Below are positions 51,642-64,000 of a DNA stretch of 64,000 nt, in pieces; within the stretch, counting starts at the first letter, position 1; every line of letters begins with the position of its first letter. The notes beneath the pieces are model-generated. The model ran no database searches. It was not told where the DNA came from and saw only the letters and a program-made list of their open reading frames with translations. Origin of the DNA: Mustelus asterias (lineage: Eukaryota); assembly GCF_964213995.1 (NCBI RefSeq), contig NC_135807.1, positions 91,884,001 to 91,948,000 of the forward strand, in the 5' to 3' direction. Position numbers and translations under genes: made by a program.

Positions 51642-54369
51642 TCCAGGAAGACAATAAAAGGAATGACCTGTCTAAATCTTCCATCTTCGAATAACCAAAG
51701 CCTCATGACTTACGTTGTCCTACTGCAGATCACTAAGCTTCAAAATAGTTTATGAACTTCTTTTTAACCAGAATACTTTACTTGCTCAAAATTCAATTAA
51801 CATTTGATTGTCAGGTTCTAATTTTCTTATCCAAGATCGATATTTCTCATGCATGCCTTTGTTTATAAACTACAGTGAAATCAATCTTGTAATTTTAGTT
51901 CCAGCCACTGCGATTGCCAAAGACAGGAAGATTGATGTTATCATAATTTGTAAATAGGTATGCCAGTGAAATATTAATCACAAGGAAGAATCAAAATTTC
52001 TTGAAAATGTAATGCATAACTAATGCAATTTTTGGCATGTGAACTATTTTAATTACATACTTGGGAAATACAAGAGTGTGCATGGGGCAGAACATCTTCA
52101 TAAATTAATAACACGCTTACAGAAAGCTAGTTTTTTGATGCAGTCAGAAGTTTTTTTTTCCTTAAAGCTAAAATTGATTGCAACACTTGGAAAAAGCTTG
52201 AACGCTTTTATTTACATAACTTATGAGCACAGAAATAATATTTATAGAAAGAAAGCGAGTGGGGAGGAGAAAGAGTGACAGAGCAAATGAGAGAGGGGGA
52301 GCAGACAGGGAAGGAAAAAAGAGTGTATTTGCATTTCTACAATTCAGTCCATGTCCTTCAGTTGTCCCAAAGAGTTACAGAGCCAAATAAATTATACATT
52401 AAACGTTTGGAAAATTCTGGTCTTCTAAAATTCCAATATTTTTTTAAAATTCAGAAGTTTAAACTCGCCACGGTAGAACTGGCTGCAACACAAAAGAACA
52501 TATTGGATTCAGATCTAAAGAACTATAAAAAGCATAAATGCCCTGATCTTAAAATCTCTGGAGAGATACAGGCAGCTGCTGAAAGCACCAAGCTCTCTAT
52601 AATGACAGATGTAGTGCATTGTCAAATATAGGCTCATTCACTATTTTAAAAGGGATGAAATTATGCTTTTCATGTTTTTAGGACCAATTGCAAAGGTATA
52701 AAGCAGAACCGTCTTCATGAAGACAATTTCAGAAGATAAAACATGAAACAAGATCATTTAAGCTGATCAGATTCATTTCTAAGAACTGTGTATTATCTAC
52801 CCTTAAAATAAAATGCATCTGTTTAAAAAGTCAATGATCTCCAAAGGTAGTTAAGCAAAGAAAGCATCTCTGGAATATTCACCGATTTTCACATATATTT
52901 CAATCAAACTTTCCATCACCATTTTCTTCCAGCCTTATTCAGCACAGAAGCTATTATATCTGATAGTTTGAATAGTTCAGGCCATAACTACCATTCGCAA
53001 TCACTGATGAGTCAGCTTTTCCTCAAATCAATTAATCATTTCGCACTCACCAGCTTTTGCTGGAAATACATCCACTATTCTACGGCACTTAAGGCATGAC
53101 AACCATCTTGTTTGAGAAGGACAAAAGCCTTCAGGGTGTTTTGTTTGAGTCACTGGCCAGGAAATTATGGGACAGCAATGGCCTTGTCCACAGGCCAGTA
53201 TATTGAGAGCAACCCATGGAAGCTCTGACTGCATTTTATGTTCACCAGGAAATTCACTGCCTGCAGTGAGAGCTCGCATCCCATTAAAGGTTAAGATCCT
53301 GCCCTCAAGAACTGCTGGACAATCAGAGGACTGCAGCTCTTTAGGCCCAATGGCACCAACGAGAAGTGGACACTCTTGGGACTGTAGCTGGCCAGGCTCA
53401 GCAACAATGGAGGATGAGCCAAGGAATGAAAGTGAGTCGGGTCAGGCTCACAAGAGCCCAATCAGATGGGGCAATCGTTGTTTGTGAGGAAGGAGTGTGG
53501 TCAGTCAGCGGCGATGGCCCTTGTCTTTGGGTGGGCATCCATCAATTTTCCACCTCGCAACATGCTCACCGGGGCCTCACAAAACCCTCGTCACTGAGGC
53601 CATTTAGAAATGACAGAAGTTTACTTTGGTCAGCTTGAAAAGAACAGGCTCAGACTTCCAGGTAAGATTTAGATTGCTGGGTTTTTTACTAAAGCATCAC
53701 TAAATTTCAGGGGCTAGTTTTGTGCTCGTCTGATATGCCAGCTGGTGCTGGGAAATTTGTTGGTGTCATCCTCATTTCGATCATTTGTACCAACGCCCCC
53801 TCACCCCCAAAAAATGGGGTTTGTGCCCATGTTGAAGGACCTTTCCTTTGGGAGGAGGAAGCTGGGTGTGTAAAGGTGGGGAAAGGAGAAGGTGAAGAGG
53901 AAAGTCAAGGGAAATGGATGCTTTGGGCTGATGGCACTTACAGAAGCACAGCAGGGCTAGGTGCTTTGATGACAGCTCAAGTGGTAGTTCATTTTGTTAT
54001 CCCAGGATGTTTGAATTTTTAGATCCGAAGAATACAATCTTGTGTTTCTTTAGCTTTTAAAGATAAATTCCTTCCTAACAACATTGTGCAGCATTAATTA
54101 CATACAGATGTTCCTTACATTCAGCGTTGCCATGGCAGTGATAATCTGAAACATGTTGCCATTCAGGCATTGCTGTATGATTTGAATATCTTAGCCTCAC
54201 ATCCAGGTGAAAATCCCAGAAGTGGCAGTGAGGAGCAAGGAACAATTTAGAATGGTTAACAGACTCATCCCATTCTGGTTTACCATCTAATATGAGGCAA
54301 ATTTCCAATAGAAAATATGATGCTATTGATCTGAAGTGATGAAGTGCTTCCTGCGTATTGACAGCTAAT

Positions 54370-55240
54370 GGGCAGAACTTTCCCAAAAAATCACTGAGAA
54401 AACCAATGTAATTCACGTTGGCCTATCCAGCATGAATCAGATTGCGATCATCCTGCACTTAGTGCACTGAACGAACCCCCACATGAACCCTTCCCCCGAT
54501 ATGACCTCACCGGGAAAGATTCTCGCCGGCGAGGAATAGACATGCTTCCCATGAACGGGAAGCAGTCAACTTGGTCTCACCGGTGGAACTGGAGGCGATT
54601 GAGGCCCCCCGGGGAGGCCAAGGGCAAGGGGGGGGTGCCTCTTAGACAATGCCAGTCTGGCAGTGCCACCCTGGCACCTGGGCAATGCCCACCAGGTACC
54701 TGGGCAATGCCCACCAGGCAGTGCCAGGAGGCAGGGCCAATGGGAGAGTGGCCAGTGAAGGGAGGGGCCAGTGGGGGCAGGGCTAATGGGGAAGGGGCTC
54801 ACTGCTGCTCTGCAGTGATTGGTGTGCGGAGTGCAGCAGGGCCGCGATTGATGGGGGAGGGAGGGGGTCCACGACCGGTCTGGGTGGCGGGGGCTGCATC
54901 CGCAGCTGTGGGTCCCAGCGATTGCAAGGGAAGTGCTGCTTCAGGCTGCCTGCAGTAGCAGGGACCTGACAGTTCTCTCTTTGTCTGTCAGACCCCTGCT
55001 ACTGTGAATGCGCATGTGCAGCATCAGAGGCCTGCACATGCGCACTATCTCCCTCTGCAGGCTTTCGGGTGCGTTAAGCCTTGCCCACAAGCTTCTGCAG
55101 CGAGCAACAGGCTCGCTCAGGATTTTGCAGCCAGAGTGCATATTGGGGGGGACCTAAAAAATCAGCCAAAAGTTGGATCTGCAACTCTCCCAGTTTCAAG
55201 TCTGTCCAGCACTTGGACAGAAAATGGTAAAATACCGTCC
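54370..55240. mobile_element. GC-rich non-autonomous Harbinger-like element
   Basis: GGGCAGAACTTTCCC / GGTAAAATACCGTCC termini; GGCAGTGCC/GGCAATGCC internal repeats also seen at 24340-24380. Confidence 0.5.
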
Positions 55241-55386
55241 TATGCCTTGAAAGTTCTTCAATCTTTCCAATTTTATATTGCAGTCGGGCATGTGTTTTGC
55301 TTGAGCTGGCTCACGGCTGTTCAGTTAATAAAGGGGAGCTGCATTTAAACACTCCCTCTGCACTCATAGCAAGTCAAGGCAGGAGG

Positions 55387-55613
55387 ATGGTAGTGCAGAG
55401 AGCAGCTCCACGTTTCATGGAGGCAGACCTGTCAAGGCGTCTGGACACTGTGGGGGAGAGGTGAACCGCACTTTAATCCCGAGTGGGTAGATGACCCAGA
55501 AGCAGGAAGCCAATGCAGCCTGGGATGCAGTGGCTGTGGCAGTCAGTGACCTGCCACTTAGGACTATCATCCAATGCCACAAGAAAGTGAGTGATCTCGT
55601 TCGAGTTGCAAGG
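55387..55613 (+). pseudogene. Harbinger-type Myb/SANT (NAIF1/MSANTD-like) DNA-binding protein exon remnant
   Basis: MVVQRAAPRFMEADLSRRLDTVGER*..(frameshift)..AAWDAVAVAVS..RTIIQCHKKVSDL..R|gtgaat; RF..L..V / W..VA..V / RT..QCxKK..DL signature. Confidence 0.7.
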
Positions 55614-56557
55614 GTGAATGTCCATCTGTCACATCCTAGAATCAGTCCCGTCTGTCGCACCTGGAATGTCCACATCAATCCACTCCCTGACACCCCGCGG
55701 CATTCCAGCACCCGGCTCCTGAGCACCTTCCTCAAATCCCTCTGGCACTCCCTGTCACAACACCTTCCTGTGCCAACATATGCTACCTGCTACACCCCCC
55801 ACGCTGCCGAGATCCATTGCTGAGCGCCCTCACACTATGGTGCAGAAGGTGGTGGGCCTCCAGGACTGGAAGTGCCAGGTAATACAGAGGCTTCTCCAGC
55901 TCACTCCACCTGCCCCTCCATCCCGTGGAGAATCCCAGAGGCCCACAGGCATCACTAGGGAGGAGGAAGCACTGAAGCCTATCCTATGGCGTTCCAACCT
56001 GGTGACTCAGGAAGTCTTTAGCCCTTCTGACTCCCCTCTTCCTGACACCGGTGCATCCCATGGGCAGCAGGCTGAACAGGGTGGCATGGCTACATCAGTA
56101 TCATCCAAAAGTCGGCTGGGGCCCTCCAGGTCCCAACCTCATAGCAATGCACCTGCCAATGACATCATAGGCCATGGGTCGTGGAACACAGCAGGCTACC
56201 TCCATTTCTGATATACATCCTGGAGAGTCACCTAGACTTAGCACCCGGCCATGAAAAATTAAGAAAATTTAGGAGCACCAAGAGGGCATGGATGAAGGAA
56301 GACACCATAGTTAGGGATAGGATAAGTGACACTGTAGGTATTCACCATTAAAGAACATCGCACCTCAAATCCACAACTCCCCTCTCTTTGACCCATTTCC
56401 CACAGAGTGTGGGATGCTCCCTATCGACACTCAGATTCTCCGGCTGGTCCCCAAGCAATCCCAACACATGGAGACTCACAATGACAAGACAGCTTCATCA
56501 CTCACTGAACCCGAGGCCTCGCACCCACCCCCCTCCCCTCGGAGCATTGGATCAAAT

Positions 56558-56720
56558 GATGGTGCTTTTCAAGAAGGAACTAGATATAGCTCCTGCAGCT
56601 AAAGGGATCAAGTGGATCAGGATATTGAATTTGATGTTTAACCATAGTGAAGGAGGAGCCGGCCCAAAGGGCCAAATGGCCTACTCCTTCTTCTATTTTC
56701 TATGCATGTTTCTATGTATG
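56558..56720 (+). mobile_element. CR1 extreme 3' end
   Basis: FKKELDIA; AAGGGCCAAATGGCCTACTCCT..TTTTCTATG tail. Confidence 0.75.
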
Positions 56721-57729
56721 AAGAGAGGTAGAAATATGATGGCTTTTATGCTGTTGAAAAGGATGGAGGGCAGGTGGAGCAAACTAAAAGTTCAGGGACA
56801 GGTTAGAAGGTAGGAGAGAATGAATGACAAGGATATCACAAAAATACAAGAAGTAGAAGCAGGAGTCGGCCACGAGGCCCTTCAAACCTGCCCTGCCATT
56901 CAATAAATATGGCTGATTCAAGTCAGTTTCATTTCCTTTGCTCTACCATTTCCCCATAGCCCTCTATTCCTTGATCTATCAAATATTTATCCACCTCCAC
57001 TCTGAATACTTCTAATGATCCAGCCTCCACCATCCTTTGGGGCAGAGAATTCCAGAAACTCATCACCGCCTGCGAGAAGAAATTTCTATGCATCTCAGTT
57101 TTAAATGACCAGTCTGTTATCTTGTAGCATGTCCCCTTGTTCGAGATTCTCCCACTTGTGAAAACAGCTCACCATCTACTCTGTCAAGCCCCCTCAGGAT
57201 CTTATATGTTAGAATAAGTTCACCCCTCGCTCTTCTGAACTCCAAGGAACACAGACCCAAACTATTTGGTTTCTTTTGATAGGACAACCCTCTCATCCCA
57301 AGAATTAGCCTGGTGAATCTCCTTTAGGCTGCCTCCAATGTTACCATTTTTTTTGGGGTAAGGGGACCAAAACTGTACACAATATTCCAGGTGAGACCTC
57401 AACAACATCTTGTACAATTGCAACAAAACCTCCTTAACCACCCTAATCTGCCCTTTGATCCCTCCTACTGGAATGCATGATCTCACATTTCCTCTATATT
57501 AAACTCCATTGGCCACGTTTCTGCCCAGTCACCCAATCTATCTATAGCCAGTTGCAGAATCATGATATCCTCATCACAACATGCCCTTCCACCTATCTTC
57601 ATATCATCGGCAGATTTGGAAACCTTACATTCTGTTCCTCCTCCAGTCATTAATGTAAATAGTGAACAGTTGTGAGCCAAGAACTGATCCCTGCCGTACT
57701 CCACTGGTGACATCTTCCCACTCTGAGAA

Positions 57730-58505
57730 GGATGCATTTTGGTAGAACTAACGTAGGGGGGAGCTATACGATAAATGGCAGAACCATAAAGGGTGTAGAT
57801 ACGCAGAGGGACCTGGGTGTGCAAGTCCACAGATCCTTGAAGGTGACGTCACAGGTGGAGAAGGTAGTGAAGAAGGCATATGGCATGCTTGCCTTTATAG
57901 GACGGGGCATAGAGTATAAAAGTTGGGGTCTGATGTTGCAGTTGTATAGAACGTTGGTTTGGCCGCATATGGAATACTGCGCCCAGTTTTGGTTGCCACA
58001 CTACCAGAAGGACGTGGAGGCTTTAGAGAGAGTGCAGAGGAGGTTTACCAGGATGTTGCCTGGTATGGAAGGGCTTAGTTATGAGGAGAGATTGGGTAAA
58101 CTGGGGTTGTTCTCACTGGAAAGACGGAGGATGAGGGGTGACCTAATAGAGGTGTATAAAATTATGAAAGGCATAGACAGGGTGAACGGTGGGAAGCTTT
58201 TTCCCAGGTCGGTGGTGACGTTCACGAGGGGTCATAGGTTCAAGGTGAGGGGGGGGGGGGGGAGGTTTAACATGGATATCAGAAGGACGTATTTTACGCA
58301 GAGTGTGGTGGGGGCCTGGAATGCACTGCCGGGCAAGGTGATGGAGGCGGACACACTGGGAACGTTTAAGACTTATCTAGATAGCCACATGAACAGAGTG
58401 GGAATGGAGGGATACATAAGAATGGTCTAGTTTGGACCAGGGAGCGGCGCGGGCTTGGAGGGCCGAAGGGCCTGTTCCTGTGCTGTATTGTTCTTTGTTC
58501 TTTTG
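57730..58505 (+). mobile_element. Young 5'-truncated CR1 with open ORF2 C-terminus
   Basis: Uninterrupted 232-aa ORF 57732-58430 (RDLGV..HMEYCAQFW..RGDLIEVYK..WNALP); GGGCCGAAGGGCC hairpin; (TGTTCTT)n tail. Confidence 0.95.
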
Positions 58506-59794
58506 TTTGACCTATTTATTTCAACTCTCTGTTTTCTATGTGACAGCAAGTTTTCAATCCATGCTAACCACTTCCTCCAATTCCATGGACTTTTACTTGA
58601 TGCAAACCTCTTATGCGGCACTATGTCAAATGCCTTTTGGAAATCTAAACAAAATACACCTGTAGGTTCTCTTCTATCTCACTGTTACATCCTCAAAGAA
58701 TTTGAGCAGATTTATCAAACATGACTTACCTTTCATAAAACCATGTTGTCTCGGTTTGATTATATTCAGCTTTCCTGAAGGATTAGCTATTTCCTCGTTG
58801 ATAATTGACTCCATTGTCTTGCCAAGAATAGATGTTAAACTAACTGGCCTGTAGTTCCCTGCCTATTGCCTTTCTCCCGATTTGAACATGGGAGTAGCAT
58901 TGGCCGTTTTCCAATCTTCTGGTACCTTCCCGGAATTCAGTGAGTAATGAAAAGTTTCAACCAATGGGTCCATTATCTCTGCAGCCACTTCCATTAAAAC
59001 ACAAGCATGCAGTTCATCGGGTCCTGACAACTTGTCTGCCTTTAGCCCCTTGAGTTTCTCTAATATTCTATCTCTTGTGATTGGGATTTTTGTAAGTTCC
59101 ACCATGTTATTTGAAATGAGCCCATCTGATATCTTAGAGATATTTGCAATGTCTTCCACGGTGAAGACTGATGCAAAAATTTAATTAGCATATACATCAT
59201 TTCTTTGCTGTAATCAATTCACCAGCTTCATTCAGTAGGGGTCCCACATTTACCTTAGCCACCTGCTTCCTATTTATAAAACCATAGAAACTCACACTGT
59301 TTTTATGCTGTGTTCAAGTTTTCCCTCAAAATTCATTTTATCCCTCCTTATGAGCCTTTTAGTCTTTTGCTGCTGGATCCTAAAAACTTCCCAGTCCTTT
59401 GGTCTATCAATATCCCTTGCCACTTTGTATTTCCTGCTTTTCAATTTAACGTTATCCTTGACCTCCTTTGTTAACCATGGATTTTGCCTCTTTCTCATGG
59501 AATCCCTCTTTTTAATTGGGATAAATTCATGCTGAGCATTTTGGACCAACTGTTTGAATGTCTGTAACTACTATCTACTGACTTGTATCTTAGCTTGGTT
59601 ACCCAGTTCACCTTAGACAATTCCTCCCTCATTGCATTATAATTGCCCTTATTTAATTTGAAGACACTGGTTATGGACTGATGGCATTCACCCTCAAACT
59701 GTATCTGGAATCCTATAATACTGTGATCACTACCTCCTCGGGGATCCTTAACCCCACAAGATATTTTATTTATCCTTCTTCATTACACAAAACC

Positions 59795-60722
59795 TGGTTA
59801 GGTGGATTAGCAAATTTGCTGATGACACCAAAGTCGGTGGTGTGGTAGACAGTGAGGAAGGGTGTCGTAGTTTGCAGGAAGACTTAGACAGGTTGCAAAG
59901 TTGGGCCGAGAGGTGGCGGATGGAGTTTAATGCGGAGAAGTGTGAGGTAATTCACTTTGGTAGGAATAACAGATGTGTTGAGTATAGGGCTAACGGGAGG
60001 ACTTTGAGTAGTGTGGAGGAGCAGAGGGATCTAGGTGTATGTGTGCATAGATCCCTGAAGGTTGGGAATCAAGTAGATAGGGTTGTTAAGAAGGCATATG
60101 GTGTCTTGGCGTTTATTGGTAGGGGGATTGAATTTAGGAGTCGTGGCGTTATGTTGCAACTGTACACAACTCTGGTGCGGCCGCACTTGGAGTACTGTGT
60201 GCAGTTCTGGTCCCCACATTACAGGAAGGATGTGGAGGCTTTGGAGAGGGTGCAGAGGAGGTTTACCAGGATGTTGCCTGGTATGGAGGGGAGATCCTAT
60301 GAGGAGAGGCTGAGGGATTTGGGATTGTTTTCGCTGGAAAGGCGGCGGCTAAGAGGGGATCTTATTGAAACATATAAGATGATTAGAGGTTTAGATAGGG
60401 TGGATAGTGATAGCCTTTTTCCTCTGATGGAGAAATCCAGCACGAGGGGGCATGGCTTTAAATTGAGGGGGGGTAGTTATAGAACCGATGTCAGGGGTAG
60501 GTTCTTTACCCAGAGGGTGGTGAGGGATTGGAATGCCCTGCCAGCATCAGTAGTAAATGCGCCTAGTTTGGGGGCGTTTAAGAGATCCGTAGATAGGTTC
60601 ATGGACGAAAAGAAATTGGTTTAGGTTGGAGGGTCACAGTTTTTTTTTAAACTGGTCGGTGCAACATCGTGGGCCGAAGGGCCTGTTCTGCGCTGTAATG
60701 TTCTATGTTCTATGTTCTATGT
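59795..60722 (+). mobile_element. Young 5'-truncated CR1 with open RT C-terminus
   Basis: SKFADDTKVGG in frame with the 260-aa ORF 59842-60624, no stops; (ATGTTCT)n tail. Confidence 0.95.
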
Positions 60723-60792
60723 ACAATGTACTTTGCTAATAAGAAATCCCTGATGCACTCCACAATTTCTTCTTCTATGCTGCAGATTAAAT

Positions 60793-62430
60793 ATTGATTT
60801 ATTATTGTCACATGTATTAGTACACAGTGATAAGTATTGTTTCTTGTATGCTAGACAGACAAAGTATGCGTACATAGAAAGGAAAGAAAGCGTGCAGAAT
60901 GTAGTGTTACAGTCATAGCTATGGTGTGAAGAAAGATCAATTTAATATGAGGTTGGTCCATTCAAAAGTCTGATGGCAGCAGGAATAAGCTGAGTCGGTT
61001 GGTACGTGACCCCAGACTGTTGTATCTTTTCCCTGATGGAAGAAGGTGGAACAGAATATGTCCAGGCTGGGCGAGGTCCTTGATTATACTGGCTGCTTTT
61101 CCGAGGTAGTAGGAAGTGTAGACAGAGTCAATGGATGGGAGACTGGTTTACATGATAAACTGGGTTTCGTTCATGATCCTTTGTAGTTTCTTGTGGTCTT
61201 GAACAGAGCAGGGGCCATACCAAGCTGTGATACAACCAGAAAGAATACATTCCGTACTGCATCTGTAGACGTTGGTGTGAGTCATAGCGGACATGCCAAA
61301 TTTCCTTAGCCTCCTGAGGAAATCAAGGCATTGGTGGGCTTTCTTAACTACAGCATCGGCATGAAGGGACCAGAACCGATTGTTGGTGTTTGAACACCTA
61401 GAAACCTGAACCCCTCGATCATTTCCATTTCCTAACCCATTGATGTAGACAGGGGCATGTCCTTCACTACACTTCCTGAAGTTGATGACTATCTCCTTCG
61501 TTTTGCTGACATTGAGGGAGAGATTATTGTTGTTACACCAGTTCACCAGATTCCCTATCGCTTTCCTATACTCTGTCGCATCATTGTTCGAGATCCGACC
61601 CACTACGCTGGTGTCATCAGCAAATTTGAAAATCAAGTTGGAGGGGAATTTGACCACATTGTCATAGGTGTATAAGGAGTATAGTTAGGAGCTGAGGACA
61701 CAGCCTTGTGGGGCACTGGTGTTCGGTGCTGAGGATGATCGTGGAGCAGGCATTGTTGCCTATCCTTACTGATTGCGGTCTGTGGGTTAGGAAGTCTAAG
61801 ATCCAGTCACAGAGGGAGGAGCCGAGCCCCAGGCCATAGAGTTTGGAGATGAATTTTGTAGGAATAATGGTGTTGAAGGCTGAGCTGTAGTCAATAAATA
61901 CGAGTCTGACATAGATGTCTTTGCTATCCAGGTGTTCCACGGTTGAGTGTAGGGCCAGGGGGATGGCGTCTGCTGTGCACCTGTTGCAGCGATAGGCAAA
62001 CTGTAGTGGAACCAGGCAATCAGGGAAGCCGGAATTGATTTGTGTTATGACTAACCTTTCGAAGCATTTCATTATTATAGATGTCTGAGCCACCAGGCGA
62101 TAGTCATTAAGGCATGCTGCCTGGCTTTTCTTTGGCATAGCAATGAGGTTGTCTTCTTGAAGCAGATAGGAACCTCAGATTGGTGTAAAGAGAGGTTGAA
62201 GATGTCTGTGAATACCCCCACCAGCTGGTCTGCGCAGGATCTGACTGCTCATCTGGGTACCCCATCTGGACCAGTCGCTTTTGGTGGGTTGACTTTTGAG
62301 AAGGCTCCTCTGACATCTGCGATGGTGACCTTGGATACCGGTTCAGCCTAGGCTTCCAGGGTGGAAGGCGTGCTCCCGCTGACCTCTTGCTCAAAATGGG
62401 CATAGAATGTGTTGAGCTCATTTGTGCCGA
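60793..62430 (-). mobile_element. Rex1/Babar-clade LINE RT region, 5'-truncated and frameshifted
   Basis: [64 protein letters not shown]. Confidence 0.92.
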
Positions 62431-63414
62431 CAATTCTACATACCTTCAACTTATAGCCTGTTATAGCTCCTATGTTAATTGCAGTTCCCTTCAAACATGC
62501 CGTTGATATTTCCCCATTTAAAGTTTATTAATTCGTGTCACAAGTAGGCTTATATTAACACTGCAATAAAGTTACTATGTGCACTGACTTCCTGTGGGGT
62601 CACATTTTAAGGGTATGTAGACTACTCCTACCCTTGTCTTTTTCCCCTGCTATTCTTGATTTCAATCCAAACAAGTTCTACATCAATGTCCACTGCCTTT
62701 ATATGATGACTCCGCACTGCTCAGAAACCTTCCTTGATTAACAACTCTACCCCAGCTCCTTTCCCCTTTGATCAGCTCTTTTGCAACAATGTACACCCTG
62801 GAATGTTGAGCACCCAGTCCTGGTCACCCTGCAACCATATTTCTGCAATAACTAAGACATCGTACTCATATGTTGCAATTTGTGCTATCAACTCAACTAT
62901 CTTGTTGCAAATGCTTATGCATTCAGATAAAGAACATTTCGCTTTGTTTTTTTTTAAACAGTTGTTTACAACTCTGGATCTGTTCTGTGTTGCATTTTTT
63001 TGTTTATGTTTCCTGCCCCGCCCTGTTGCCCTGTCACGTTCTCACTATCTTGTGCCACCACTCCTTCATATACCACTGATTTTTTTAAACCTTCTATTCT
63101 TGGAACTCTCCCCTTCTCCTAGTAAGGACTCTTGTATGAGTCCTTGGTGTAATATAATGTTCACATGATCTGTCCTTACCTGTAATTTTCTGTTGACACA
63201 TGTCATGGGACCTAATACACTGGGTGTGGTAATGATAGTGTTAAAGACCAAAGCAGATGTTATGAGCAGAATAAAGGCCAGCATTGTCTGAAAGCAAAAT
63301 AACAGAACTTGTTCATAGTATAAAAAAGGGCAGTGCTATCTGAAAGCAAAATGATGAGACTGAAACCTGCAATGGGGAGAGGGGGGAAGGAGGAATCAAA
63401 ATGGAGGACAAGGT

Positions 63415-63890
63415 TCATAGTCTAAAGTTGTAGAACTGAATGTTGAGTCCAGAAAACAGTGACATGCGGAATTTGAAGTCCTGTTCCTTTAACTTGTACT
63501 GGGCTTCATTGGAATACTGTAGAAGGCTAAGGACAGAAATGTAAGCATGAGAGCAAGATGCTGAATTGAAGTGGCAAGTGATGGGAAAGTCGGGGTCATG
63601 AGTGAAGGTGTTCCACAAAGCAGTTACCCAATCTGCATTTCGTCTCCCCAATACGGACGAGACCGTGTTGTGAACAGCGAATCCAGCAGACAAAGTAGAA
63701 AGAAGTGTGAGTGAATTGCTGCTTCACCTGGAAGGATTGTCTGGGGCCTTGGATGCTGAGTAGGAAACAGGCAAAGGGGCAGGTGTTGCACCTCCTGTGC
63801 TTGCATGAGAGGTGCCATGGGAAGGGGACCAGGTGTGGGGGTTCGAGAGAGGCAGACCAGGATGTCACAGAGAGAACAGTCCCTTCCAGA
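63415..63890 (-). mobile_element. Penelope-like (Neptune-type) Cys-rich linker + GIY-YIG fragment
   Basis: CKHRRCNTC..GPRQSFQVKQQFT..IRCSQ..IGETKCRLG..EHL; ITCHFNS..KLKEQ..GLNIQFYNFR. Confidence 0.85.
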
Positions 63891-64000
63891 GTGCTGACAG
63901 TGGAGGTGAGGGGAAGCTATGTTTGGTAAATATATGTTAGTTTAACATTTTGTCAGGTAGTTTGACCTGAAAGGTTGGTTATGTTACAGCATATAGAATG

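Larger units (their letters stand above)
56845..62940 (-). mobile_element. Decayed CR1 ORF2 (EN+RT), fragmented by four nested insertions
   Basis: Collinear pieces: 62580-62940 (EN N-terminus, EIWLQGDQDWVLNIPG), 62430-62515, 60723-60785, 58506-59794 (GKVPEDWKTAN), 56845-57729 (KSADDMKIGG, HLEYCVQFWSP, tail). Confidence 0.85.

Overview
Vertebrate (cartilaginous-fish, most likely shark) genomic DNA, not prokaryotic. The only host coding sequence I can support is one 223-bp minus-strand exon (1423-1645) encoding the first CUB domain of CSMD3. Everything from 1646 to the window end appears to be part of the very large upstream intron. That intron is packed with retroelement debris: HE1-like tRNA-derived V-SINEs with two different tails, CR1/HER1, Rex1, L2 and Tx1 LINE fragments, DeuSINE remnants, GC-rich PIF/Harbinger-type non-autonomous DNA elements, and several Penelope-like element (PLE) fragments. 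Almost all ORFs in the supplied track are spurious or are TE remnants. The most striking structure is a set of PLE pseudo-LTR pieces carrying minimal hammerhead ribozyme (HHR) motifs that form fold-back palindromes. In two PLE families the symmetry axis or truncation point falls within a few nt of the ribozyme core. Family names come from my recall of consensus sequences, not from database searches, and TE boundaries are approximate unless a TSD is quoted.
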